64,000 nt of DNA. Source: Camelus ferus. Lineage: Eukaryota. Location: positions 34,288,001 through 34,352,000 of the forward strand of contig NC_045696.1 in NCBI RefSeq assembly GCF_009834535.1, in the 5' to 3' direction. Positions 1 to 11,364 of this stretch are shown here, piece by piece (the stretch's first letter is position 1; every line of letters begins with the position of its first letter). The notes beneath the pieces were generated by a model. That model was not told the origin of the DNA. It made no database searches and saw only the letters and a list, made by a program, of their open reading frames with translations. Made by a program: the position numbers and the translations under genes.

Positions 1-244
1 AGCATAGTGCCTAATGACAAAATTACACTTAAAATTGTTTTATGTATATCATGAATAAATTCTATGCAAAGCATATATTTCAGAATTCCCCCTCTGTTGA
101 AGGACAAAGCTAGGTGACTACTTACTTCCTGAAGGCCATATTCATGCATCTATAAAGTAGGGCTCAGAGTGTATCAGTACTGACAACCTCCCAATCTTGA
201 TAGTAAATCTCAGAGCTTTTACTCTACATTTATTCCACTGTAGG

Positions 245-331
245 TTAATACTTAAAGTGGAATTTCTTCAAATCTGCTCTTTTTATTCCAAAATAATTCA
301 TTGCTCTGCAAACTGCAGTCATCTTCATTAG
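245..331 (-). pseudogene. Putative next exon (LMKMTAVCRAMNYFGIKRADLKKFHFKY*); 3' boundary uncertain
   Basis: Follows an 89-bp intron (332-420) ending gagttcttag|, with phase-0 entry matching the upstream exon. A further strong donor GGAA|gtaagt lies at 126/125. Confidence 0.35.
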
Positions 332-420
332 CTAAGAACTCACAAGCTCAGAAGCTGAACTAAACTTCATTGCATTTTCATGGAGATAAAGTTGTCACAG
401 ACATCATTTATCTCTATTAC

Positions 421-491
421 CTTGTACTTTTCAAGGAAGATTTGTGCAGTGCGTCTAACTTTTTCACTTGAAAATTGCCAGAAGAACCACC
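421..491 (-). pseudogene. Putative internal coding exon of an unidentified - strand gene (71 bp, phase 1 to 0; (W)WFFWQFSSEKVRRTAQIFLEKYK)
   Basis: Acceptor ttcttcttttctcttggaacattacag| and donor AAG|gtaata. The frame is open and joins in phase with the 1113-1316 exon (T|GG = Trp). Confidence 0.7.
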
Positions 492-1112
492 CTGTAATGT
501 TCCAAGAGAAAAGAAGAAATGGAATTAAATGAACACAGAAATATCAACCTTAATGCCTGGAAATCAGACATACATTCCCAGGACCTTATCTAACAGGTAT
601 TGGAAGTTTTATTAAAATCCCCTGCCAGGGTAGTATGGCTTTGCTGTCCAAAAAAGTCTGCTTAAGATTCTTAACAGCTTTCCAAATAACCTACATTGCC
701 ACCACAGATGAAATATCTCTGCCAGGCACATCAGACTGATGGGAAAAAACCATAAACAAGTGCCAAATTGCATTCCCTAATGAATTCTCTTAGCATACAA
801 ATCCAGAGAGAGCAGCAAATTGAAATTTAAATTGGTGCCACGACTGAGGCAGATAACCAGGGGGATGGGAATTAGAGGTTGGAAGTGTCAGATAGGGATA
901 GAAACAAGGTAACTATTCTAATGAAAGATCTCATAAGAGAGAGACCCGGTCACAGGTAAGAGACTAAACACTTCATGGAAAAAAGCTTCATTCAGTGTAA
1001 ATAGTTGGAACAATGAGGTAGATGGATGAAATTTCACAGATACTTTTAATCAGGTTGTTAAGTCAACTTTGCTTATGGGCAAAACTATATGATCCTAAAA
1101 GACTACACTTAC

Positions 1113-1316
1113 AGTAGCTCAGATTTACAAAATATAAATAATCCAAATTATCTGGAACTTCCTCTCTCTGTATTTGAGGAACTTCCTCATGTTTTGTTTG
1201 GAGATGGTTGATTGACTTCTGCAAGAGAGGATTTGAGTTAATCAGAGATGGCCCCATATCCTTGCCTAGGATATGTTGAAAAATTTGAAACAATAAGGCC
1301 TTCAGAATATGCTGAC
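1113..1316 (-). pseudogene. Putative internal coding exon (204 bp, phase 1-1; GQHILKALLFQIFQHILGKDMGPSLINSNPLLQKSINHLQTKHEEVPQIQREEVPDNLDYLYFVNLSY)
   Basis: Acceptor ttttcactctcttcagttcag| and donor TACT|gtaagt. It lies inside ORF 1063..1350, is open, and has a length divisible by 3. Confidence 0.7.
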
Positions 1317-1645
1317 CTGAACTGAAGAGAGTGAAAATGTTAAGACGCACTGTTGTATACTCCGGTGTCTGCTACATAAACCTGGCTTTAGCATACATTT
1401 GTTAGAAGGCTAAATAGGTATTGATTCTAACCTTATTATTTGACCAGTGTTGTATCTATGACCATCACTCACCTATGTAGTAGGCTGAAAAACAATATAT
1501 TCTAAAATAAGCATTCTACACTTTTTTAAATGAAGATTTGTTAATCACTCAGTCACCAACCATGAGATTTGCAATATATTTGGAATGCCATGTTCTTCAT
1601 TATTTTTTTACCTGTATATCTATCTATGATAAAATATTTAATTAC

Positions 1646-1714
1646 CTTTCTAATATAATTTTCTTCAAAGAACATCCACTCTTTCAAATTCATCTCTCAA
1701 AAAACTAAAAGCAC
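1646..1714 (-). pseudogene. Putative exon with in-frame stops (69 bp, phase 1-1; AFSFLRDEFERVDVL*RKLY*K)
   Basis: Acceptor gaattttag| and donor AAAG|gtaatt. The phase matches the 1316 acceptor, but that frame contains TGA and TAG. Confidence 0.5.
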
Positions 1715-1964
1715 CTAAAATTCAGTGTTAAATGCTAATATTTTTGTTGCATTTATGAGACATTCTTCACATGTTGAAGCCCTAACTATTATGACAACTT
1801 GTAATCCTCACTATTTGGCTTTTCTTGGATGGAGAGAGAAGAAAGAGCTGGATGCTGAATTTGTCTGGTTGGCTTACAATGGCCACAGATGTTGATGCTA
1901 ATAATACAACAGTATGGCATGGTTAGTCATCTAAATGAACTAACATGAATACAAATTACTTTAC

Positions 1965-2271
1965 CAAGTAAAATTAAGTGCAATTCTATATGATATAGTG
2001 GCTGAATATTTTTTCTGTTTCCTCTCATGCTTTTTATCTTTCAGGTTTGAGCAGTGAACCAGCACCTTTGAATAACAGTGTCTTTATTGTTGATAAAGTA
2101 TTCCGAAATAAAGTTTCTAGAGTCCGAACTACCCAAAGCAATTGTGTTATGAAGTTAACTGTCAATCTGATTTTTCATCATTTTGTTTCCTTTTTAGATA
2201 ATTTTTTTCTTATCCCAAAAGTAATGTACATACTTCTTTGGAAAAGTTAGAGGCAAAGCTTAAAGAATAAT
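1965..2271 (-). pseudogene. Possible decayed exon (starts YSLSFASNFSKE...); donor either gtatgt at 2233 or gtaaag at 1964
   Basis: Acceptor ttttttattcattttttattaaaaatattgacag|. The long form has stops in all frames. Confidence 0.3.
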
Positions 2272-4869
2272 CTGTCAATATTTTAATAAAAAATGAATAA
2301 AAAACTAATAGTTCCTTATAGAGAGAAAACAATTGCTTAATCACCTCTCTCCTGGCACTCACTGATAATTCACTTGGAGACTGCTGGAAAGGGATGTGTT
2401 TATTAGACTGAAGAACTGAGTTGGACAGCAAATAATGTGTATGGTTATTAAAAATCAAACTTTAATGCATAGGTTGGAAAGTCCTCTTATTTGCATTGTC
2501 CTACAGCATTAGACAATGTCTACAAAATTTCCCAAATTATTAGTCAGATATAGAGTTTATCATTTCTGATAACAAGATTCCAGATAGGTAAATTACTACA
2601 AATTGTTTATTTCTAAAATAAACTATATTTTATAAAACTCAAAAGATTGACCATAGCCAAAAAAGAAAATCACAAGCAAATATGGATCTAGCATAAGCAG
2701 CTGTGTTAGTACACCCACAGGAAGTGTGATAATGTTTCTGAGTTGCATTATGGTGGGAAGTATCAAGAACACCATGGCAGTTGACACAGGCTAAAAAGGG
2801 TATCTGTAGGGCAGAAAGATAAGTCATGCTTCAGCACCTTCTCTCTTGTCCTCATTGTCTGTTTGTCCTCTAACTTAGGCACCTGGATTGATACAGTTCT
2901 TGGAGACTGAAGCAGGATTTCCCTGGGTGTCACCACTTCTGTGTGTAGGAATGAGGGGAGGGAAGGGAGTACTATGCGAATCCAAATATATGCTCAACAT
3001 TTAAATACTACAGCAGCACAAAGCAGCTGCTCAGTGAAAATTTTTGGATTAGTTGCTATTTTTTCTTCTACTTACTCTAGACTATTTGCCCCTTCTTTTT
3101 CTAGCTTTTTATGGAAGAAGCATAAAACATTGATTTTAGATTTTTCATATTCACAACTGTAAGGGTTTAGATTTCTTTAATTTCTCTCACTAATGTTTTC
3201 CCTGTAAAGTTTTTAGACATATTTTATTAGATTTCCTCTTAAGCCGTTGGTATTTTTCTTATGTTACTGTCTTTTACATTTCATGTTTAATTTTTTTTTT
3301 TTTTTTTTTTTGCTGGGAAAACAACTTTCAATTTGATTACATGTTCCCAGTAGTTTGTTCTTCTTGCTATAATCCTAGGAAGACTCTTCATAGGCAATGA
3401 TGAAATATTCATATATTCAAATAAATATTCATAGGCAATGATGAAATTCAAGTAAAAGGACAGATCTCTCCCAGTAGGAAAAAAATGTTCATAAACCCTA
3501 TAGAACAATACCTTATCATGGAAATGCTTCTGTAGTGAAAGAACTATTATCAGCCAAGAAAAAAGGTACTCATGACTGATAACCATATCTCCCTTTAGCA
3601 TAACTGGGACTTCCTCAACCTATTTATATAGCTATTACATTTCTGATAGTAAGTTAAATTTCACTGTTTCTTCTACCTAATACTGTAAGAATGTCAGCAA
3701 CTTGAAAATGGGTCATCCCATACTCCCTCTCCCAGCTCAGTTATTCTGCAGGTGACCAGAGAGGCTCACAGTTAGTACATGATCCAGCTATTTCCTACGA
3801 GGTGCTTCCATTACTCTTACAAGTAGTGCCACAATTCTGCAAGGACAGCTGCTGCTCACCAGATACTGCCAAAGACACAGGAGATTTTGTGTGCAGGGAG
3901 ATGTGCTCAGTCGTGGGAGAACTCCTCTCTGACCTGTGTTTTCCACTCTGCTAAGAGGATCCCAAAACTTTGACGCATGAGCATCAAAATTAATTAAAGA
4001 GAGCTTTAGTTATAACTCCTCTGCACTTTCTAGGGGCTGAGTTAGAAGGCAAATATAAATAACAGAAACTACAATATTCCCAATTTACTCCTGAGGGAGA
4101 GAAGTCTTAATGATTACCCATAATTTCTCTTACACATTTCCAATAGCACAGGAAGATTTTATGTAAATGTATATGATATATGCATGCTGTGTGTATGTAT
4201 CAGACATGGCATCTCATGAGGCAGATTTTTTTAAACCAACAAATTTGCATTGTTATCCAAAAGTTCATGCAAGTAGAAAGAAAACTTCCCCACTTAGGCA
4301 GAAATTTAAACACATGCACATACACACACATATAAAACAGATGTTCTTCTGAAAAGAGAGAGTCAGCTGTCATTTGTATTCCATAATTTGAAAGACATTG
4401 AAATGACTTTCATCTCACAATTTTCCTCACCTAATGTCTGAAGTTCAAGCATTTAGATTAATTTGTCCTAAGCTTTTACAGTTCATGTTACACTGAACAT
4501 GAAATGATTGACTAGGAGCACCCTGAGCTACTGTGACCTGGAAGAATATTTAAAAGACTTACAGAGGAGGAGTGATGTCAGCCATATACAAACTCAAAGA
4601 GGAATTCTTTTTCCCTGAGAAACTGAATCAGGAGATAATCTCCCTGCAGACTGGTAGAACACAGTCCTACCCAAGGCCACAGCATGGGCAGAATTCAGAG
4701 GCAGTGAGCAGGGATTGCCAAGTACTTAGATAAACTGAAGAGAGCGCTCTTTATATACATAAAAGGAGATGAAGCCGACTCTGTAAAACATGTAGCAGGC
4801 ATTTTTCAGACGAAATTGGAGGAAACAAATGTCCTCTATATTCCTCAGATAAAATTCTGGCATTTAAAT

Positions 4870-5560
4870 TGAACTTTGAATTTTTGCACTAATGTCACTT
4901 CCTCCTGAAAATCCAATAAATCTACCACAAGGGATTGTAAAGACATACCCAGTAAGCATGGAAGAACAGCAAAGTATACAACAGAAAACAAAGGAGAGAA
5001 CAGGTGATGGATACAGAATATCTAGAAAACTTAATTCAGCAAGTGAAATTGAGAAATAATCCAGTTTATACCACAGAATGCTCAGACATTTCTTGGATCT
5101 GTAGCACCAGATACCTCTATAACTGAGGCGGGACAAGGAAGCAGAAATGTCAAGAGGATTGGGTGAAGTTGAATGGCATCTGGATTGCCATCTTAAACTC
5201 CTGGATAAAGCCCTCTCCCACCAATTCCTTTACCCTCTCTATTTTTTCTGGAAATACAGTCATTAAAGACGGTATAGTAAAGAGCCTTTGTGGCAGAATA
5301 TGCTAGATACAGTTGAGGATCTGGCTTTATCCCGAAAATAGAGGGATTAGTGAACATATGTATTCTGAATGCTAAATGCTGAGGACCCCATATTCTCTCT
5401 ACAATTTGACACTCAAAAAGCTGATAGTCAAACTGTTAGTCTACACACAGATTATTAGAAGAATTTTCTCTAGGAAATCTGACAAGCCTAAGAGGAAAGA
5501 CCTAAAAACACAGACATGGAGAGGTTCCAACAAGTATCCCACTTAGATTACCTTAGTACA
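4870..5560 (+). mobile_element. Ancient L1M/L1ME-type 5'-region relic
   Basis: Motifs such as cacttcctcctgaaaatcc and ttctctaggaaatctgacaagcctaagaggaaagacc resemble old L1 5' ends. A similar stretch lies at 47440-48180. Confidence 0.35.
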
Positions 5561-5569
5561 AAGTTTCTC

Positions 5570-5845
5570 AAGAGTGACCATTATCAAAAAAAAAAAAAAA
5601 AAAAAAAAAGATAAGTGTTGGTAAGAATGTAGAAAAATTGGACGCATTGTATACTATTAATAGGAATGTAAAGTGGTTCAGTTATTATGAAAAATGGAAT
5701 GGAGTTTCCTCAAAAAAATAAATAAAAATAGAATTTCCACATGATATGGCAATTTTACATCTGGGTATTTTATTATCCAAAGAATAGTATTCCATTGTAT
5801 ATAGATGGACCACATTTTGTTTATCCTTTCATTCATCAATGGGAA
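5570..5845 (+). mobile_element. L1 ORF2 3' fragment with a short inverted L1 segment (about 5786-5843)
   Basis: aagtgttggtaagaatgtagaaaaattgg...cctcaaaaaaataaataaaaatagaa on +, then gtattccattgtatatagatggaccacattttgtttatcc, which is L1 antisense. Confidence 0.75.
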
Positions 5846-5879
5846 AAATAGAAAAATATTAACAAAATACTTAGACATT

Positions 5880-7085
5880 AAGGAACACTGTCTTAAAAAC
5901 CCATATAAAAAGGAAAAAAAGTCAAACTGATACTATGATTCATCTGTAAAGAGAAAGGGCCACTCAAGAAACAGAAACCCAAACAACTGAGAATCAACAT
6001 AGGGCAAGAGCCTCAACCTTGGTATTATTCAGGGAAATGCAGATTACAGCAACAGTGTGCATCATATTTCAGTTATCAATTTAGAAAAATGAAAGTGCTA
6101 TTTCATTTAATGCTGACAGATGAGTGGAATAAAAATTGCTTTTTCATACCTTACTAGTGGGATTCCAAATTGATAAAACTTTTTTGAAGAATACACATTA
6201 TCCTTTGACCCAACAACTCAGAAATGTAAATTAATGCTTAAGAATATATTTACAAAGCTGTTTCTAGAAACAGCTGTTCTAGAAAAACCTGTGGTGACAA
6301 AAAAGTTAACATCTTAAAAGCCCATCAATTAGAGAATAATTAAATTAACTGTATCACAGTCACTATTCTGTGTAATATTATTGGCTTATAACAAGATGAC
6401 TTGGGGAAAAGAACTTTTCCTTTGATTTAGAGGAATACTGACACCGGTCCATGTAGCTCACAGTCGGGAAGGTGGATTAAAGCAAGAGAATTACAGAGAG
6501 AAAAAATAGAATCAAAGAAAATGAACAGAGCATCAGCGTAGGATACCTTCAAGAAGCCTAATATGAATGTTAGAGGAAAAAAGTGTTCAGTAAATAATGA
6601 ACAATATTTTTCCAAATTTGCTTTAACTAAAAATTCTCATATCCAACAAGTTTAATAAACTCCTAGGGAAAATAAAATAAATGAAGAAAACTAAAACAAG
6701 GCACATAATAATCAAACTACCAAAAACCAGTATGACAGAGAAAAACAAAGGCACCCAGAAAAAGAAAGATATACTACATAGAGAGAAGTAAAGATAAGGT
6801 GATGGCAGAGTTCTCATCAGAAGCAATGCAAGCAAGAATTACAGTGATAGAAAGCAGGTCCATTGTTGCCTGGGAAGGGAGGCATGAAAAGGAGAGTAAG
6901 GGAGAAATTACCAAGGTTCAGAAGGAAATTTTGGAAGTCAGGGATGAATCATCACCTTGATTGTGAGTTTCATGAGTTTAACACCTATGTCAAAACTTAA
7001 TCACTTTTCAATTTTAAACAAATTTATCACTTTATACACTTTAAATATGTGCAGTTTATTGTATGTAAATTATATCAATAAAAAA
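5880..7085 (+). mobile_element. Mosaic of old L1 (L1ME-type) ORF2, ORF1 and 3'-end fragments
   Basis: cagggaaatgcagatt, an ORF1-like aggcacataataatcaaactaccaaaaacc, and a 3' end gtgcagtttattgtatgtaaattatatcaataaaaa. Confidence 0.65.
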
Positions 7086-7724
7086 AGTTCTGTTTGTATA
7101 TATATGAATCATAGAGCTGTGGCTCAGTTATCATACATGTGTGACATATACACATATGTCACATATACACATCTGTCATATATGTGTATACATATATGGC
7201 ATATGTGCACAATTTATGACATATTTTATATATGTCAGACATATATGTAACAGCTGTGCCACAGCTCCAGAAGTACCATGGTAGAAAAAGCATATTTAGG
7301 AATATGATATCAGAAAATTCTCCTTGCTATCATCTTTAGAGGTCTTTCTAGAAAAATATAATCTTTCTCTCTCTCCCTTAAAGAATTTGTTTTTCCACCT
7401 GGATGCTGTGACATCTATAAATAGCTAAAGTCAGACTTAAAGCTAGTGGATATTGAGAATAATTCAATTCATGATAAGAAAGCAGGCATTCTGTCCTCTC
7501 CATAGAAATTAGAAATACCTGGATCAAATATCAGAAACATATATAATGTTTTCAATTGTGTTGAACCTAAATCATTTTATTTTAACTACAAAATTCCAAG
7601 TGTGTAATTATATAACCATAATTTTAAGTTGAAAGTCCTATTTTAGGTTTTAGTCATTATATAATATGAATACATCATACCTGTAGAACCAGAGCCTCAG
7701 AGCACATCAAAAAATACAAAAGTA

Positions 7725-7898
7725 GGGGATCAAGAGGTAAAAATTATTAGGTATAAAATAAGCTACAAGGATATATTGTACAACACAGGGAGTATCGCCA
7801 ATATTCTATAATAACTATAAATGGAGTATAACCTTTAAAAATTGTAAATCACTTATTGCACACCTGTAACATGTAATATTGTACATCAACTATACTTC
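7725..7898 (+). mobile_element. L1 3'-terminal fragment
   Basis: ataagctacaaggatatattgtacaacacaggg...tattgtacatcaactatacttca, a typical laurasiatherian L1 3' end. Confidence 0.85.
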
Positions 7899-8462
7899 AG
7901 ATGACTGGATGAAGAAGTTGTGGTATATTTATACAATGGAGTACTACTCAGCCATAGAAAAGAATAAAATAATGCTATTTGCAGCAACATGGATGGACCT
8001 GGAGACTGTCATTCTAAGTGAAGTAAGCCAGAAAGAGAAAGAAAAATACAATAAGTTATCACTTAAATGTGGAATCTAAAAAAAAGAAAGAAAGAAAAGG
8101 ACACAAATAAACTTACTTACAAAACAGACACAGACACAGAAAACAAACTTATGGTTACCAGCGGGGAAAAGTGTGGGGAGGAATAAATTTGGCTGTTCGA
8201 GACTTGCAGATACTAACTACTAAGTATAAAATAGATAAACAAGGTCCTACTATATAACACAGGTAGCTATATTCAATACCTTGATTATAGGCATTCAATA
8301 CCAATGCCTATAATGAAAAACAATACGAAAAGGAATATATATATATTTATAAGTGAATCACTATGACATACACCAGAAATTAATACAGCGTAAATTGACT
8401 ATACTTAAATAAAAAATAAAGTAAAAAACTAATAAACATAAGAAGATAAATAAATAAATAAA
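7899..8462 (+). mobile_element. Second L1 3' end (ORF2 C-terminus, 3'UTR and A-rich tail)
   Basis: ORF 7879..8079 reads DWMKKLWYIYTMEYYSAIEKNKIMLFAATWMDLE, the ORF2p C-terminus. It ends aaattgactatacttaaataaaaaataaa. Confidence 0.9.
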
Positions 8463-8689
8463 CCTTTGTAACAGGTTTTAGTGAAATCAGTGGCAAGAAA
8501 CAGTATATCTAATTTGTGTGGCCAAACGTTAATCATGAGCTCAAAAATACTTTATTTTCAGACATTTAAAAGCTAAATTGTTAGTCAATATGAGAGAAGA
8601 ATTTTTAAATGTATTCTATTATAAATGTTGTTTATCATTTTTATTGCAAGTGTAATTATTTAAATAAATCAACACTTTAATGTGATCCT

Positions 8690-8990
8690 GGGCCACCAGG
8701 TACGTGTTGGCTCACTCACCTATGCCACTGCTGGTTAGTAGTTGGTCCCCTGTAGATGGAGAAGAAAGGAGAGACAAAAGAAAGAGGCAGGGCATGCCAG
8801 ATGGGTAGATGACAGGTTTAATAAGCTAGGGAACTTACTTACAAGGCTTGTCCTGGGCAGCCACAAGGCGGAAGAGCTCTGCACTTGCCCACCAGAACAC
8901 TAAAGTTCACTTAGAGGCCTCAACTGGGCTTGCTCCTCTCTGTGACCTCTTCCAATAGCCACATATTGCCAGTGTCTTGGATTCTGAAGA
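8690..8990 (-). mobile_element. Probable old LTR fragment
   Basis: GC-richer island with caggtttaataag...gggaacttacttacaaggcttgtcctggg, resembling the antisense of ERVL-type LTRs. Confidence 0.35.
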
Positions 8991-9034
8991 GGATGAGTGA
9001 GCAGGGCTTGGAACAGGCAGACCGCATGCCACCT

Positions 9035-9155
9035 TTATTGTCCTCTTATGTCAGCTGGGGAGATTTTAGGCCCAGAGAGGGCAAGGGTAGTTCTCAAGTT
9101 CATACAGCAAATAGTGGTAGGGCCAAGAGTTGAACTCAGATCACCTGTCTTTCCC
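9035..9155 (-). mobile_element. MIR fragment
   Basis: aggcccagagagggcaagg...caagttcatacagcaaatagtggtagggccaagagttgaactcag matches the MIR core. Confidence 0.7.
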
Positions 9156-9574
9156 AGCGTTGCTGCCTTGGTTGGGCAGTTTCAGGAGTGGGGGCAGTCA
9201 TCCTGGGGAAATTGAGGGGTAGCTCAGGGGTTCAGGGTTCAGGGCTCAGGGTGATTACCCTTTCGTGAAGCTAATACCTTTTGAAACAGTGGTAAGAGGT
9301 AAGGTTTAAAAACATCTTAAAACTATATGGAGAACATGAGAGAAGTAATTCTCAGGAGTACAGCTGCTTCTTTAACATTCATTATGTACAAGTTTGATCA
9401 ATGACTAACCATTTTTAAAACAATGTCTCTCTTATTTTGGAATTTTAATAGGTCACACTTTCAATCTGTTTGTGTACTTAGTATTAAATATTTACCTCAA
9501 ATATTTAAGTAGTGAGGTAAAATAACTATTGCATTGATATTAATCAACACATTCACATTCATGTTTTAACCTAC

Positions 9575-9677
9575 TCAATTTAGTTGAAGTTTGCTTTTGA
9601 GCACATTTAGACTTGGTATAACTATGAGTGTTCATTTCATTGATGCACAGGTATTTGGACTCGCAAACTCCATGTCT
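9575..9677 (-). pseudogene. Candidate exon (103 bp; RHGVCESKYLCINEMNTHSYTKSKCAQKQTSTKL)
   Basis: Acceptor gcagtattttag| and donor TTGA|gtaggt. One frame is open, and the segment is not in a recognisable repeat. Confidence 0.3.
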
Positions 9678-10914
9678 CTAAAATACTGCATTTAATTTTC
9701 CTCATTGATAGTAATGATGTAGGGATTTATCTGTTGATACATATAGAATGATTAAACCTTACCCTTCTAAAAGACTTAAGCATAGTTCAAGGAAAGGAGA
9801 AAGGCCACGGTCTGTGTGTTTATGGATGTACAGTACAATAGAGACAAGAAGCTATACTATTAAAAGGTATATATATAAATTTGTTTTGCCCTAAAAATTG
9901 TTACTTTTCTAAGTGTTTTTAAATGCTCAGTCCATTAGTAGCTTGTATCTAAAAGCTCTGAATTTGTGTTTATTTTTTACTCTTTTTTGATATTGGTTTC
10001 ATATTGTGTCTCTAACTGCTTTATACTTTCAAAATACTCTTATGCAAATATGCCTTAGTATTAGTGTTAGTATTAGTACTAGTCTAGTAATAGTTTTAGT
10101 ATTCCGAGAAGTATTTCTTCTTAGTATCAGACAGGACCAGGGGTATTATGTTACACTACTAAGGCAGTTTTGGTAAGGTCAAGGCAGCTCTTCAAAGGTC
10201 TTTTTTTTCACAACTAATGTATATTTAATTTGTATCTCTCCACCAACCAATACTGAGGATCATCCTTACAGTGATAAGTATATCTTCTAGTAATTCAGTG
10301 AAGAATGCGTTTTAAGTATTCTCAAAAGCACAATGAAAGGGAGGAAAATAAGTAACCAATACACAATTCTTGTATTATAGAATTATTCAAGTAGTTGTAA
10401 ACAACTATTAAAGTTTACTCAAACTGCAGGTTGTCCTTGAAAATAGATATGTTAACACTTTACAATTTGGGGTAGATGTCAACTGTAGTTTTAGCACACC
10501 GTTTGTAGTAATTTTAGAAACTAAGATTTGTAAATTTGACACTGAAAATGCTCTTTTTAGTCCCTTCCTAGACTATATCTGATATTGAAATAAGTTCTTC
10601 CAAACTAGACAGGTTTGCATCTGATTTAAAAGCTGGGCTTTATTAGTATGTAGTGAACTGCATTTTAAGAAGCAATATGTTTTCCACTGAATTAGACTTT
10701 TTACTAATTACTAAAGCAATGAATATTAAATAATTGCTGAGTATTGTATCATAAAGAGAAAACAAAGAAAAGTCTAGACCAAAGTAACTATCTAAAAACT
10801 ATCATTAATATCCAGTGACTCACTGCTTCTTTAACTATGGCTTTCCTTCAGGGCTAAATTATTTACAGATAATTCATGCTAAACTCATTACCGAAATCAC
10901 AAGACTTCTGGAGA

Positions 10915-11364
10915 AGTTCTGGATTGAATAGTGACCTCCAAAAATTCATATCCACCAGAAACCTGTAAATGTGACCTTATTTGGCAATAGGATCTTTGCA
11001 GGTATAATCAAGTTAAAATAAGGTTGTAGTGGATGAGGGTAGGTCCTAATCCAACGACTTACGTTCTAATAAGAGGAGGGAAATTTGGATACAGGGGCAC
11101 ACAGAGGGAGAACGCTATGTGATAATGGAGCCACAGATTGGAATAATGCATTTACAGACAAGACATGCCAAAGATTGGCAGAAACCACCAGAAGCTGGGA
11201 GAGGGGCTTGGAACAGATTCTCTAGAAGAGCCTTCAGAAGGAACCAATCACTGAAACTAGGTTTTAAGACTTCTGGCCTCAAGTACTGTGAGAGACTAAA
11301 TATCTATTGTTTTAAGCCAGCTGTTTGTGATACTTTGTTCTGGCAGCCCTATAATGTTAATACA
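10915..11364 (+). mobile_element. MaLR solo LTR (MLT1B/C-like) with 5-bp TSD GGAGA
   Basis: aatgtgaccttatttggcaataggatctttgcag...ttgttttaagcc...taataca, flanked by ggaga at 10910-10914 and 11365-11369. Confidence 0.9.

Noticed and set aside
2045..2250. Strong + strand acceptor (tttttatctttcag|) with a 67-aa ORF
   Set aside because: There are no partner + strand exons or promoter evidence nearby, and it overlaps the - strand exon chain. It cannot be fully excluded.
10055..10105. Degenerate (TTAGTA)n hexamer array resembling a telomeric repeat or CRISPR
   Set aside because: It is not TTAGGG and has no repeat-spacer structure; it is a simple low-complexity repeat.
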